Numbered from the stretch's first letter, positions 34,844 through 44,145 are shown. The stretch: 64,000 bases of DNA from Elusimicrobiales bacterium (GCA_050174915.1 JBFXJL010000002.1:325553-389552), one strand, 5' to 3'. Program-made: numbers and translations. The notes: generated from the sequence alone by a model not told the origin.

Positions 34844-35194
34844 GGGGGCGAATAGGTTCGACGTTAACTTGTTCTGCAGGATCAGCAGGTCATGGTTGAC
34901 CAGGCCATGTAAAACAGGGTCAAAAAAACAAAAGCCAACTCCAACGAGCTGGCCTGGGCGCACGCCTAAGTGTGCCTCGCTTATAGTCTGCCCGCCTGAG
35001 CGGACTGTACTGCGTTAAATTCAGGCTGCTGTCGCCGGGGGCGCGCTTCGTCCCGCGTCGGCAAAAGATAAGACGGAGCTGGGCCGGCATTGTCGCCTTG
35101 AACTTATGCCGTCCGAGACAAACTCAGGGCTAAGCCTGTAGCGGTTCCTGCAAGCGGTTTACGGACCCGGGTGCGAATCCCGGCGCCTCCACCA
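34844..35194 (+). ncRNA. ssrA: tmRNA (SsrA), with proposed tag ANSNELAWAHA
   Basis: The 5' 'gggggcgaataggttcgacg' resembles the tmRNA 5' end. The 3' 'ggacccgggtgcgaatcccggcgcctccacca' forms the T-arm, acceptor stem and CCA. The acceptor stem GGGGGCG/CGCCTCC contains the G3:U pair. An A-rich tract precedes a resume codon GCC at 34934, 91 nt from the 5' end, and the TAA stop is at 34967-34969. Confidence 0.9.
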
Positions 35195-35202
35195 TATTAA
35201 TT

Positions 35203-35229
35203 AGCCGGTCTCTACGAGACCGGCTTTTT
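35203..35229 (+). terminator. Rho-independent terminator of ssrA
   Basis: The stem agccggtctc / gagaccggct is followed by TTTTT. Confidence 0.85.
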
Positions 35230-35369
35230 AATTTAAAACCGCGAGAAGCCCAGTCGGCGCCGGTGCCCGGCGTCGCCGCGAGAAGTGGCGCGTAGCGCGG
35301 TGAATTTTGTTATTATTCTGTTCTAGAGCCGGTTTGCGGGAGCCGCCAACGGGCATAGGGGGTAAAATA

Positions 35370-35705
35370 ATGAAAACACTTATTTTCGCGTTCAAGCGCC
35401 GCCGCGGCGCGGCTCTGACTCAGATCCTCATTTGGGGGTTGATCATACTCGGCCTGGCCACGGCGGTAATCCGCTGGCAGTTGCAGCGCCACCGGCAGGC
35501 CGCCAATAACATGGCGGACGCCCAGTTGAAAGGTGACGCAGAACTGGCGCGCGGACCCCTTATGTCCTGTCTCGAAGCAGCGGGCTATCCGTCGGGGTCC
35601 TGCACTCCTACCCCGGCCCAGGCCGCCTGCGTGCCGGCCGGGGTGGGGGTCGCTTTCGGCGGCACACCGCCCTCCTGCACGGTAAGACTGGTGCTCTCCA
35701 GGTAG
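35370..35705 (+). CDS. Small (111 aa) membrane-anchored, Cys-containing hypothetical protein (possibly PilX_N-like N-terminus)
   Basis: The ATG at 35370 follows 'gggggtaaaata'. 'RRGAALTQILIWGLIILGLATAV' is a hydrophobic anchor. Four Cys residues occur in the C-terminal half. The functional call is weak. Confidence 0.45.
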   Translation: MKTLIFAFKRRRGAALTQILIWGLIILGLATAVIRWQLQRHRQAANNMADAQLKGDAELARGPLMSCLEAAGYPSGSCTPTPAQAACVPAGVGVAFGGTPPSCTVRLVLSR

Positions 35706-35825
35706 CCGCGGCGACCTGTAACTATTGGCATCTGACAGGGGGCTGCTGGGGATGAAAAAGCGCCGGCGGCCTGCCCGCCGCCTCCCGCCGTTGAAACCAG
35801 GCCCATAATATAATATTGTTATACT

Positions 35826-37172
35826 GTGAACGCCATCCGGACCAATGTTTTCGCCAAGGTCGCCGGCCCAACCGCCATCCTGGGCGCGGTCGGCTGGGCG
35901 CTCTGGCTGTGGCCCGCGCATTTCCTTTGGGTCTACCCCGCCTCCGGGACGCTGTTCCTCTGGTTCTCCTGGACCGGAGAAAAAGAGATCAAATATATCT
36001 TCCTGTTCCTGCTCACCGCCGCCGGCTTCCTGCTGCCGCGGCTTTTCAGCCAGGGTGACGCGGTGTTCCTGTTCGCCGGGGCCATGGCGGAAGTGCTGGT
36101 CCTGTGGCTGCTCTTCCTGGCGCTGTCGAGTTCTGAGAATTCGCGCAAGGCGTCCCGAGAACGCCTGGCCGCCGAGGAGGCTGCCGCCCGGGAGCGGGTG
36201 AAAGACCTCGAGGACGAACTCGCCCGCTACCGTATGCACCTCGACAGCACGCTGGCCCGCATCCGGGATAAGGGCGCGTTGGCCGAAGCCGTGCAGGACA
36301 TGGGGCTTGCCGCCGCCCCCGACGAAGTGAAGGCCAGGCTGGAGACGCTGCTCAAGAATTATTTCCCGGGCGCCGCCGTGGAACTGCGCACGGGCGCCCC
36401 GCGCGACTTCGCCGACAACTGGGTGGCCGAGCGCAAGATCCCGCTGCTGGTGCGCGATTCCTCCACCGACAGCCGTCTGCCGCGCGGTTCGCTGGGGCCC
36501 GCAGAGCGTTCGCTGATGACGCTGCCGCTGCACTTGTTCGGGCGGCTGGTGGGTTTCGTGCGCGCCTCCGCCCCCGAGCCGGAGCGCTTCCGGGCCGAGG
36601 ACCTGCGCGGCGCCGAGCTGGCCTGCACGCTGGCCGGCGTCAGCATGGAGAACATCTATCTCTTCGAGAAGGTCAACGAGCTGGCCATCAAGGACGGCCT
36701 GACCGGCCTCTATACCCACCGGGCCTTCCAGACCCGACTGCAGGAGGAGATCCTGCGCGCCGCCCGCGCCAAGGTGCCCTTCTGCGTGGTCATGGCGGAT
36801 ATAGATCATTTCAAGTCCTATAACGACACCTTCGGCCACCAGGCCGGCGACGCCGTGCTCAAGGCCGTGGCCGAGACCGTGCTCGCCGGCGTGCGCGACA
36901 TAGATTTCGCCGCCCGCTACGGCGGCGAGGAATTCGCCCTGGTGATCACCGGGGCCGGCAAGGAGCAGGCCGTCGCCGCCGCCGAGCGGATACGCGCCGC
37001 CCTGGAGGCCAGGTCCTTCGTCTTCGGCGGCAAACCTTCGCGCGTTACGGCCAGCTTCGGCGTGGCCGAGTTCCCGGCCGAGGCGGCCGCCGCGGGCCAG
37101 CTGGTGCGCGCCGCCGACGAGCGCCTGTACCGCGCCAAGCAGGGCGGCCGCAACAGGGTGGTGGCCGCATGA
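35826..37172 (+). CDS. Diguanylate cyclase (TM helices, coiled coil, GAF-like domain and GGDEF domain) with an intact I-site
   Basis: The 'GGEEF' active site is present and 'RDID' lies 5 residues upstream (RxxD I-site). 'DIDHFKSYNDTFGHQAGD' is also present. The start is a GTG. Confidence 0.85.
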   Translation: MNAIRTNVFAKVAGPTAILGAVGWALWLWPAHFLWVYPASGTLFLWFSWTGEKEIKYIFLFLLTAAGFLLPRLFSQGDAVFLFAGAMAEVLVLWLLFLALSSSENSRKASRERLAAEEAAARERVKDLEDELARYRMHLDSTLARIRDKGALAEAVQDMGLAAAPDEVKARLETLLKNYFPGAAVELRTGAPRDFADNWVAERKIPLLVRDSSTDSRLPRGSLGPAERSLMTLPLHLFGRLVGFVRASAPEPERFRAEDLRGAELACTLAGVSMENIYLFEKVNELAIKDGLTGLYTHRAFQTRLQEEILRAARAKVPFCVVMADIDHFKSYNDTFGHQAGDAVLKAVAETVLAGVRDIDFAARYGGEEFALVITGAGKEQAVAAAERIRAALEARSFVFGGKPSRVTASFGVAEFPAEAAAAGQLVRAADERLYRAKQGGRNRVVAA

Positions 37173-38407
37173 ACAGGCCGGAGCTCTGGACCGCCGCCGC
37201 GGCCGCCGCGCCGCTGCTCTCCTATTTCCTGGGCCGCTGGCACCGCTGGGCAGGCTTAGCCGCCGGCGTTGCCGCCTTCGCCGTGGCCTCCTATATGCTC
37301 TCGGCCGAGATCGCCGCCGGCGCGCCTTACGCGGCCCTGGCCCTGTGGACGGCCGCCGCCCTGACGCACTCGGCGCTGCTCAACGGCCGCGCCGGCGCCG
37401 CGCCGGACCGCTCCGCCCTGCAGGGGACGCTTGCCCGCGCCGCCGAACTGCAGGCAGAACTCGCCCTGATAAAAAAGGAAACCACCCTCAACGCCGCCGG
37501 AGAGAAAAAGTCGCTTGCGGTCTATTCCGCCGTTAAATTGCTCTCCGAAACGGTGGAGCCGCAGGCCGCCGGCAAGCAGCTGGGCAAATACCTGGCCGAT
37601 TATTTCGGCACCGATGAGGCCGCCCTGTACATGGCGGCCGTGCCCGGCGGGCCCCTGGAGATCTTTTCTCAAGCCGCGCGCGCCGCCGCGCTGCCGCCTT
37701 ACGCGGCGCTGCCGCTGGCCGGAGGTCTGCCTTCGGCCCCTCTGGCCGCCGCTGGCCTGGTGCTGGCGCCGGTGACCGCCGGCGGGGAAACGCTGGGCCT
37801 GCTGGTGCTGCGCGGGGGGGAGAGCGCCGCCGGGGACGCCGGCAGGTTCGCCGCCGAGATAGCTTTCGCGCTCAAGCGCGTGATGCTGTTCCGCCGCGTG
37901 GAGTGGCTCTCGCTGACCGACGGCCTGACCGGCCTGTGGCGCCGCAGCGCGCTCGACGAGAAGGTGCGCGAAGAAATGCGCCGCGCCGCCGCGTTCAAGA
38001 CCTCGATGGGGTTCATGATAGCCGACATCGACCATTTTAAACACCTCAACGACACCTACGGCCACCAGTTCGGCGACGCGGTGCTGCGGCGCGTGGCCGA
38101 GCTGCTGCGCTCCGGCGTCTACGAGACCGACTTCGTGGGCCGCTACGGAGGAGAGGAGTTCGGCATCGTGCTGCCGCGGGCCGATTCGGCCGGCGTGCTG
38201 CGCAAGGCCGAGACCATCCGCGCGCGCATAGAGGCCGAGCCCTTCGCGCAGGGCCTGGAGCGGGTGCGCCTGACCGTCTCTATCGGCATAGCCCATTTCC
38301 CGCGCGACGGCCGGACCCCGGAGGAGATCATCGCCAGGGCCGACTCAGCGCTTTACGCCGCCAAGGAAGGCGGACGCAACCGCGTGATGGACGCGGGCAG
38401 CCTGTAA
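37169..38407 (+). CDS. Diguanylate cyclase (TM helices, GAF-like domain and GGDEF domain) lacking the RxxD I-site
   Basis: 'GGEEF' and 'DIDHFKHLNDTYGHQFGD' are present. The I-site position reads 'YETD'. The ATGA start/stop overlaps the upstream cyclase gene. Confidence 0.85.
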   Translation: MNRPELWTAAAAAAPLLSYFLGRWHRWAGLAAGVAAFAVASYMLSAEIAAGAPYAALALWTAAALTHSALLNGRAGAAPDRSALQGTLARAAELQAELALIKKETTLNAAGEKKSLAVYSAVKLLSETVEPQAAGKQLGKYLADYFGTDEAALYMAAVPGGPLEIFSQAARAAALPPYAALPLAGGLPSAPLAAAGLVLAPVTAGGETLGLLVLRGGESAAGDAGRFAAEIAFALKRVMLFRRVEWLSLTDGLTGLWRRSALDEKVREEMRRAAAFKTSMGFMIADIDHFKHLNDTYGHQFGDAVLRRVAELLRSGVYETDFVGRYGGEEFGIVLPRADSAGVLRKAETIRARIEAEPFAQGLERVRLTVSIGIAHFPRDGRTPEEIIARADSALYAAKEGGRNRVMDAGSL

Positions 38408-38419
38408 CCGGAGGAACAA

Positions 38420-39481
38420 ATGGAAGAACAAAACAACAGCGGCTCGGAGACTAACGGCCGGCAGCCGCAGCAGGCGGCCCAGTCAGTCCAGCCGGTCCGG
38501 CAGGAGCCGGCGGCCTCAAAAGGCGGCACGGCCATGTGGCTGAAGATCATCGCGGTGCTCTACGGCCTCTCGCTGATAGCCGCCTTCGCGGTGGTCAACC
38601 GGGCCGACACCGCGCGCAAGGCCAGGACCAAGGACATGGACCTGTCCAAACTGACCGGCCTGCAGAAGAAGAAGGACGCGGTGGCCGTCATCCCGATCTA
38701 CGGCGTTATCTCGCAGGGCGCCTCGTCGCGTTCGTGGGACCGCGGCAGCCAGCAGACCGCCAAGCGTATACGCACCCTGGCCGCCAAGAAAGAGGTGAAG
38801 GCCATCGTGCTCGACATCAATTCCCCGGGCGGCACGGTGGGCGCGGTGCAGGAGATCTACTCCGCCGTGCTCAAGGCCAGGGCCGAGACCAAGAAGCCCT
38901 TTATCGCCCGCTTCGGCGAGGTGTCGGCCAGCGGCGGCTACTACGTGGGCGCCGCCTGCGACCAGATCGTCTCGCACCCCGGCACGATCACCGGCTCCAT
39001 CGGCGTCATCTTCAGCGTCAGCAATATCGAAGGCCTGATGAAGAAAGTCGGCCTGCGCAGCGAAGCCATCAAGTCCGGCAAGTTCAAGGACATCGGCTCG
39101 ATGACGCGCGAGATGAGCCCCGAGGAGCGCCGCCTGCTGCAGAGCATGATAGACGATTCCTACGACCAGTTCGTGACGGCCGTCGCGCAGGGCCGCAAGA
39201 TGACCGTCGAGCAGGTCAAGCCGCTGGCCGACGGGCGCATCTATACCGGCAGGCAGGCCAAGGAGGCCGGCCTGGTGGACAAGTTCGGCGACCTGCAGGA
39301 CGCGGTGGACGCGGCCGGCGTAGCCGGCGGCCTGGGCAAGAACCCGCGCGTGCTGTCCGACGGCGATCCCTTCGAGAACCTGATGTCGCTGCTCGAGACC
39401 AAGCTCTCCCTGCGCAGCAGCGCGGTGGAGCAGGCGCTCGACGCCACTCCCAGGGTGGAATACCGCTGGTCGGGGCGCTAG
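38420..39481 (+). CDS. sppA: Signal peptide peptidase SppA (36K type)
   Basis: 'AIVLDINSPGGTVGAVQEI', 'SASGGYYVGAACD' and 'GSIGV' are present, with an N-terminal TM anchor. Confidence 0.85.
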   Translation: MEEQNNSGSETNGRQPQQAAQSVQPVRQEPAASKGGTAMWLKIIAVLYGLSLIAAFAVVNRADTARKARTKDMDLSKLTGLQKKKDAVAVIPIYGVISQGASSRSWDRGSQQTAKRIRTLAAKKEVKAIVLDINSPGGTVGAVQEIYSAVLKARAETKKPFIARFGEVSASGGYYVGAACDQIVSHPGTITGSIGVIFSVSNIEGLMKKVGLRSEAIKSGKFKDIGSMTREMSPEERRLLQSMIDDSYDQFVTAVAQGRKMTVEQVKPLADGRIYTGRQAKEAGLVDKFGDLQDAVDAAGVAGGLGKNPRVLSDGDPFENLMSLLETKLSLRSSAVEQALDATPRVEYRWSGR

Positions 39482-39482
39482 C

Positions 39483-40028
39483 ATGAACCCGATCAATACC
39501 CTCGCGGCGCTGATAGATAAACCGGAGCTCCTCGCGGCCGCCGACCGGCCGGAGGGGCTGGGCCGGACGGGCATGCTGGGCTACCTGGCCGGGACCCTGG
39601 GCATCTTCGCCTGGTTGCGCATGTACTCGGCGGTGCCGCCGGGGTTCATGTCCTTTGCGGCCGTGCTGCTGTGCCTGCTGGGTCTGAACTTCCTGATGGC
39701 GGCCCTGCTGCACCTGTTCATGGACCTCACCGGCGCCCGGGGCGGCGCCGGACGGCTCTTCCTGGCCTTCGGTTGCACCGACTACCTGATGTCGCTGCTG
39801 ATCCCGATGGCTTTCTTCTCAAAGCTCAACCTGATCGGCGGTTTCGTGGCCTATGCGGCCTGCGTGGCGCTGCTGGTCTATGCCCGCGTGCGCATCGTCA
39901 GGCGCGTCTACGCGGTCTCGGCCAACAAGGCCGCCTTGGGCGTGCTGCTGCCCTACGCCTGGATCGGCGCGGCCGCTTTCGTCGCGTCCGTCTATTCCCT
40001 GGCCTGGCTGGTCTGGCTGGTGATCTGA
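39483..40028 (+). CDS. Multi-pass membrane protein (Yip1-like)
   Basis: The product has about five hydrophobic helices and the gene is tightly coupled to both neighbours. The family assignment is tentative. Confidence 0.5.
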   Translation: MNPINTLAALIDKPELLAAADRPEGLGRTGMLGYLAGTLGIFAWLRMYSAVPPGFMSFAAVLLCLLGLNFLMAALLHLFMDLTGARGGAGRLFLAFGCTDYLMSLLIPMAFFSKLNLIGGFVAYAACVALLVYARVRIVRRVYAVSANKAALGVLLPYAWIGAAAFVASVYSLAWLVWLVI

Positions 40029-40756
40029 TGTCCAAGATCCCGCAGGTTAAGGAATACGACGGCTTTCCCGTGGTGACGGCGGAGAAGATGAAATACCTGG
40101 ATATGAAGGCTTCCAGGGAATATTCCATACCGCCTGCCGACCTGATGGAGAACGCGGGCCGCGCCATAGCGGAGGCCGCGCAGGAGTTCGCGGCGCTAGA
40201 GACGGGCAAAAAGCCCGAAGTGCTGAAGGTCGTGGTCTGCTGCGGCAAGGGCAATAACGGAGGCGACGGCCTGGTGGCCGCCCGCTACCTGCGGCAGGCG
40301 GGGGCGGACGTTAAGGTTTTCATCCTGCCGCCCAAGGAAGAAGGTTACGGCGAGCTGGTGGTGGCCAACCTGGCCGCCGCCAAGACGGCCGGCGTGCCGG
40401 TGGCGATGACGCGCAAGGAGGACCTGGACATCCTGGCGGCCGAGTTTGCCGGCGCCGACCTGCTGCTCGACGCGCTGCTGGGAGTCAGCGCGGTGGGCAA
40501 GCCCACCGGCCCGGTGCACCGCGTCATACAGCTGATGAACAAGAGCGCCCGCCCGATCATCGCCGTGGATATACCGTCGGGCCTGAGCCCGGATACCGGG
40601 CACCACAGCGGCGTTTTCATCATCGCTAAACTTACGCTCACGCTGGGCTTCGCCAAGAGCGGCCTGATGGCCGCCCACGCGCAGAAAAATACCGGCGTCA
40701 TCAAGGTGCTGCCCATCGGCTACCCGCCGGGGCTGATAGAAGAAGCCCGCCGCTAG
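40028..40756 (+). CDS. nnrE: NAD(P)H-hydrate epimerase (YjeF N-terminal domain only)
   Basis: The start was re-set to the ATG at 40028, which overlaps the upstream TGA. 'VVVCCGKGNNGGDGLVAARYL' and 'IIAVDIPSGL' are present. Confidence 0.8.
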   Translation: MSKIPQVKEYDGFPVVTAEKMKYLDMKASREYSIPPADLMENAGRAIAEAAQEFAALETGKKPEVLKVVVCCGKGNNGGDGLVAARYLRQAGADVKVFILPPKEEGYGELVVANLAAAKTAGVPVAMTRKEDLDILAAEFAGADLLLDALLGVSAVGKPTGPVHRVIQLMNKSARPIIAVDIPSGLSPDTGHHSGVFIIAKLTLTLGFAKSGLMAAHAQKNTGVIKVLPIGYPPGLIEEARR

Positions 40757-40761
40757 GCGAC

Positions 40762-40797
40762 AAAAAAAGAACCGGGGCCGCCCCGGTTCTTTTTTTT
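40762..40797. terminator. Bidirectional rho-independent terminator
   Basis: The stem agaaccgggg / ccccggttct is flanked by A7 on the 5' side and T8 on the 3' side, between convergent genes. Confidence 0.8.
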
Positions 40798-40808
40798 GCG
40801 CTCCGCTG

Positions 40809-42497
40809 CTACTTCAGGCCCACTACCGCCTCAACCACGTTTACGGCGTGGTCGCCCATCTTCTCGAAACTGTTAAGCAGATCCGAATAGAGCGGGCCGA
40901 CTCCCGCGGCGCAGCTGCCGCTGGAGATGCGAGACATGTGTTTTTCACGGTACTCGTTGCGCAGGCGGTTCAGCTCGTTCTCCAGCTCCCAGACCCGGGC
41001 CATGATGTCGCCCTCGGGCTTGAGGATGAAGCCGCGGGTCTCTTCCAGCATGCCGCGCGCGTGCGAGGCTATCTTTATCAGGTCGGCGTAGGCCTCTTTT
41101 GTGAGGGCCAGGGCGGGTTCCCTGGTGCGGCCCAGCAGGTTCGCTATTTTCTCGCCGTAATCGCCCATCTTCTCGAAATCGTTGATCATGCTCATCAGCG
41201 AGAGCACCTCGCGGCTGGTTTTGTTGGAAAGCCGTTCGTGCACCAGCGCCGCCAGGTAGTCGTTGATCTTGTGCTCCAGCACGTCGGTGGTCTTCTCGTC
41301 GGCCCTGATGGCGGCTATCTCGTGGTCCTCTATCTTGCCGTCGGCCAGCGCGGCGGCTATCTTGGCCATCATCCCGGTCACCACCCCGGCCATGTTGTCG
41401 ATCTCCTTGCGGCCCGCGTCGATGGCCAGCTCGGGCGTCCTGGCGAAGGGCGTGGTGAGGTAGATCAGCTCATGTTCTTTGGGCCCTGTCACCGCTTGGT
41501 CGGGCATTATCAGCAGCACCAGCCGCTCGAACTGGTTGATGAAGGGCAGCATCACGGAAGTGTTGATCACGTTGAACACCGTGTGGAAGGCGGAGATATG
41601 CAGGGGTATCGCCACCAGCAGCGCCGCCTCTGAAACCCCGTAGGGAGAGCCCGGCACCAGCCAGTCCACCAGGCTGATTATCAGCGAGAAGAGCAGCGTC
41701 GCCCAGAGCACGCCCAGCACGTTGAAGAGGAAATGGCCGATGGCCGCCTGCTTGGCGGTGCGCGAGGCGCCTATGGCCGCCAGGTTGGCGGTGATGGTGG
41801 TGCCGATATTCTCACCCAGCACCAGCGCGGCGGCGGCCGGGAAATCAATAATGCCCTTGGCCGCGGCGGCTATGGTGACCGCCATCACGGCGCTGGAGGA
41901 CTGGAAGATGACCGTAAGGATGGTGCCTACCGCTATCAGGCCCAGCCGCGGCAGTATGTCCGACGGCGAGAACCTGGCTATCCAGGCCAGCACCTCGGGA
42001 GAATTCTGCAGGTTGGGGATGCCGTCCTTGATGAGCTCCAGGCCAAAGAACAGCAGGCCGAAGCCCACCATCACCTCGCCTACGCGGTGCGGCCACTTCC
42101 AGCGCTTGATGAAGCGCGAGAAGAAACCTATGCCTATCATGGGCAGGGCGAAGGCTGAGATCTTTATCTTGAAGCCCAGCAAGCTGACTATCCAGGCCGT
42201 GACCGTGGTGCCGATATTGGCGCCGAAAATGACGCCCAGCGACTGGCCCAGCGTCAGCAGCCCGGCGCTGGCGAAGCCCACCACCATGACGGTGGTGGCG
42301 CTGGAAGACTGGATTATGGAGGTTACGACGAAGCCGGAGAAGGTGCCGGCCAGCCTGTTGGTGGTGGCTTTAGCGAGCATTTTGCGCAAGCCCTGCCCCG
42401 CGCTTTTCTGCAGGCCCTCGCTCATGATCTCCAGGCCCAGCAGGAAAACGCCCAGGCCGCCCAGGAGGTAGAGGAACATTTCAAGACCTTTCAGCAT
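40809..42497 (-). CDS. Na+/phosphate cotransporter family protein with C-terminal PhoU-like domains (NptA/YjbB-like)
   Basis: Duplicated 'GANIGTTVTAW' / 'GENIGTTITAN' motifs are present, and the C-terminal PhoU-like repeats contain 'FEKMGDY' / 'FEKMGDH'. Confidence 0.85.
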   Translation of the reverse strand: MLKGLEMFLYLLGGLGVFLLGLEIMSEGLQKSAGQGLRKMLAKATTNRLAGTFSGFVVTSIIQSSSATTVMVVGFASAGLLTLGQSLGVIFGANIGTTVTAWIVSLLGFKIKISAFALPMIGIGFFSRFIKRWKWPHRVGEVMVGFGLLFFGLELIKDGIPNLQNSPEVLAWIARFSPSDILPRLGLIAVGTILTVIFQSSSAVMAVTIAAAAKGIIDFPAAAALVLGENIGTTITANLAAIGASRTAKQAAIGHFLFNVLGVLWATLLFSLIISLVDWLVPGSPYGVSEAALLVAIPLHISAFHTVFNVINTSVMLPFINQFERLVLLIMPDQAVTGPKEHELIYLTTPFARTPELAIDAGRKEIDNMAGVVTGMMAKIAAALADGKIEDHEIAAIRADEKTTDVLEHKINDYLAALVHERLSNKTSREVLSLMSMINDFEKMGDYGEKIANLLGRTREPALALTKEAYADLIKIASHARGMLEETRGFILKPEGDIMARVWELENELNRLRNEYREKHMSRISSGSCAAGVGPLYSDLLNSFEKMGDHAVNVVEAVVGLK

Positions 42498-42574
42498 GTT
42501 ATTAGCCCTTGTTTGTTATGGATACCGGCGCGCTGGCCGGTATAAAATTATACCAGTCCCAAGCGGCGCGGGGG

Positions 42575-42591
42575 TGTAAAGTCTGTGTAAA
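42575..42591 (-). promoter_or_regulatory. Pho-box-like direct repeats (TTTACA-N5-TTTACA) upstream of the Na/Pi transporter gene, with a TATAAT 22 nt downstream
   Basis: On the minus strand TTTACA lies at 42591-42586 and 42580-42575, an 11-bp period. TATAAT on the minus strand lies at 42552-42547. Confidence 0.55.
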
Positions 42592-42593
42592 AA

Positions 42594-43352
42594 TTAAAGC
42601 GGCGGGCGCGGCAGCAGGGGGGCCAGTTTGGCCGAGAGCTCGGCCAGGTGCTCGCGCAGGCGCGGCTGCTTCTTGAGCATCAGCGGCAGCAGCGTCTTGC
42701 GTATCCAGTTGCGCGTGTAGTATTCGTCGTCGTTGGTGTGATCTTTTCTGGAGGGGAGCGCGTTGAGCTTTATATATTCCTCTATCTCCCGGCGCGAGAC
42801 GGCCAAGAGCGGCCGGACCAGGTCCACCCTGGCCCTGCCCTTCCGGCAGAGTTCCCGCTTTTCGGGGATGCCCAGCAGACCCTTGGGCTCGGTGCCGCGC
42901 AGCAGGTTGAGGATTATCGTTTCGGCGTGGTCGTCCGCGTGGTGGGCCGTGGCCACCAGGGAACACTTCTTTTTGAGCGCCGTGGCCGAGAGCAGGCGGT
43001 AGCGGGCGTTGCGGGCGGCGTGCTCCACGCTGCTGCCGTGTTTTTTCGCCAGGGCCCGCACGTCGGCGGAAAGGATGGAGGAGGGGAGGCCGTAGCCCGC
43101 GGCCAGCTTTTTCACGAAGGCCGCGTCGGCGTCAGCCAGGCGGCCGCGCAGCTTGTGGTTGACGTGGCAGACGTGCAGCCGCAGCCGGTGCGCGCGGGCC
43201 TGCCCCGCGAAATAGTCCAGCAGCACCACGGAATCCGGCCCGCCGGACACGGCCAGCAGGATGGCGTCCCCGTCCCGGAACAGGCCGCGGCGCCGGGCGT
43301 TGGCGTTCACGCGGTTCCAGAGCTGCAGGGTCACGGCCTTCCTGTCTTCCAT
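42594..43352 (-). CDS. tilS: tRNA(Ile)-lysidine synthase TilS (short form)
   Basis: The PP-loop 'LAVSGGPDSVVLL' and 'ATAHHADDHAETIILNLLRG' are present. Confidence 0.85.
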   Translation of the reverse strand: MEDRKAVTLQLWNRVNANARRRGLFRDGDAILLAVSGGPDSVVLLDYFAGQARAHRLRLHVCHVNHKLRGRLADADAAFVKKLAAGYGLPSSILSADVRALAKKHGSSVEHAARNARYRLLSATALKKKCSLVATAHHADDHAETIILNLLRGTEPKGLLGIPEKRELCRKGRARVDLVRPLLAVSRREIEEYIKLNALPSRKDHTNDDEYYTRNWIRKTLLPLMLKKQPRLREHLAELSAKLAPLLPRPPL

Positions 43353-43384
43353 ACCGAGATTATAGCAAAGCCCGGCCGCGCTGA

Positions 43385-43402
43385 TTTTACAGGGATTTTA
43401 CA
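43385..43402 (+). promoter_or_regulatory. Pho-box-like direct repeats (TTTTACA x2, 11-bp period) upstream of the phoB-like gene
   Basis: TTTTACA lies at 43385-43391 and 43396-43402. TATAAT lies at 43435-43440. Confidence 0.5.
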
Positions 43403-43446
43403 GCCCGCCCTGCCCGCCGCGCGGGGCCTATTTGTATAATTCCAGT

Positions 43447-44145
43447 ATGAACGAAAAGATCCTGGTGGTCGAGGACGAGCGGGACATCGCCCGCATGATA
43501 GAGTACAACCTCAAGAAGGACGGCTACCGGCCGGTCCTCGTTCACGACGGGTCCTTCGCCGCCGCGGCGGCCGCCAAAGAAAATCCCGCCCTCATACTTC
43601 TGGACCTGATGCTGCCCGGCCTGGACGGCCTGGAGGTCTGCCGCCGCCTCAAGGCCGACGCCAAAACTTCCGCCATCCCCATCATCATGCTTACCGCCAA
43701 GGGCGAGGAGTCGGACAAGGTGCTGGGCCTGGGCCTGGGCGCGGACGATTATGTCACCAAGCCGTTCAGCCTGAAAGAGCTGCTGGCCCGCGTGGGAGCC
43801 GTGCTGCGCCGCAGCTCCGTGAAGGCCGCCGCGGGGGAAGCCCCGGGCAAGCTAAAGGCCGGGACGCTGGAACTGGACGCGGCCAAGGTGCAGGCCCGCC
43901 TGAAGGGCGAGCCGCTGGAACTTACTTCCAAGGAATTCGAGCTGCTCAAGGCGCTGATGGCCTGCGGCGACCGCGTGCTGAAGCGCGAGGAACTGCTGGA
44001 GAAGGCCTGGGGCATGGACGCTTCGCTCGAGGTGGAGACGCGCACTGTGGATGTGCATATAGGCACACTGCGCAAGAAATTAGGCAAAGAAGGGAGCCGC
44101 ATAGTCACCGTCAAGAACTACGGTTACCGCTTCGAGGCCGAATGA
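43447..44145 (+). CDS. phoB: OmpR/PhoB-family response regulator
   Basis: The receiver domain ('ILVVEDERDI...LLDLMLPGLDG') is followed by a winged-helix domain ('TVDVHIGTLRKKL...YGYRF'). The gene sits in a Pho context. I prefer the ATG at 43447 over the track TTG at 43432. Confidence 0.75.
   Translation: MNEKILVVEDERDIARMIEYNLKKDGYRPVLVHDGSFAAAAAAKENPALILLDLMLPGLDGLEVCRRLKADAKTSAIPIIMLTAKGEESDKVLGLGLGADDYVTKPFSLKELLARVGAVLRRSSVKAAAGEAPGKLKAGTLELDAAKVQARLKGEPLELTSKEFELLKALMACGDRVLKREELLEKAWGMDASLEVETRTVDVHIGTLRKKLGKEGSRIVTVKNYGYRFEAE

Noticed and set aside
34700-34963. 87-aa minus-strand ORF
   Set aside because: It overlaps the 5' third of the tmRNA and the structured upstream region. It has no SD and an odd composition.
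35313-36839. 508-aa minus-strand ORF opposite the small membrane protein and the first GGDEF gene
   Set aside because: It is a shadow ORF with no motifs. The plus-strand frames have GAF and GGDEF signatures.
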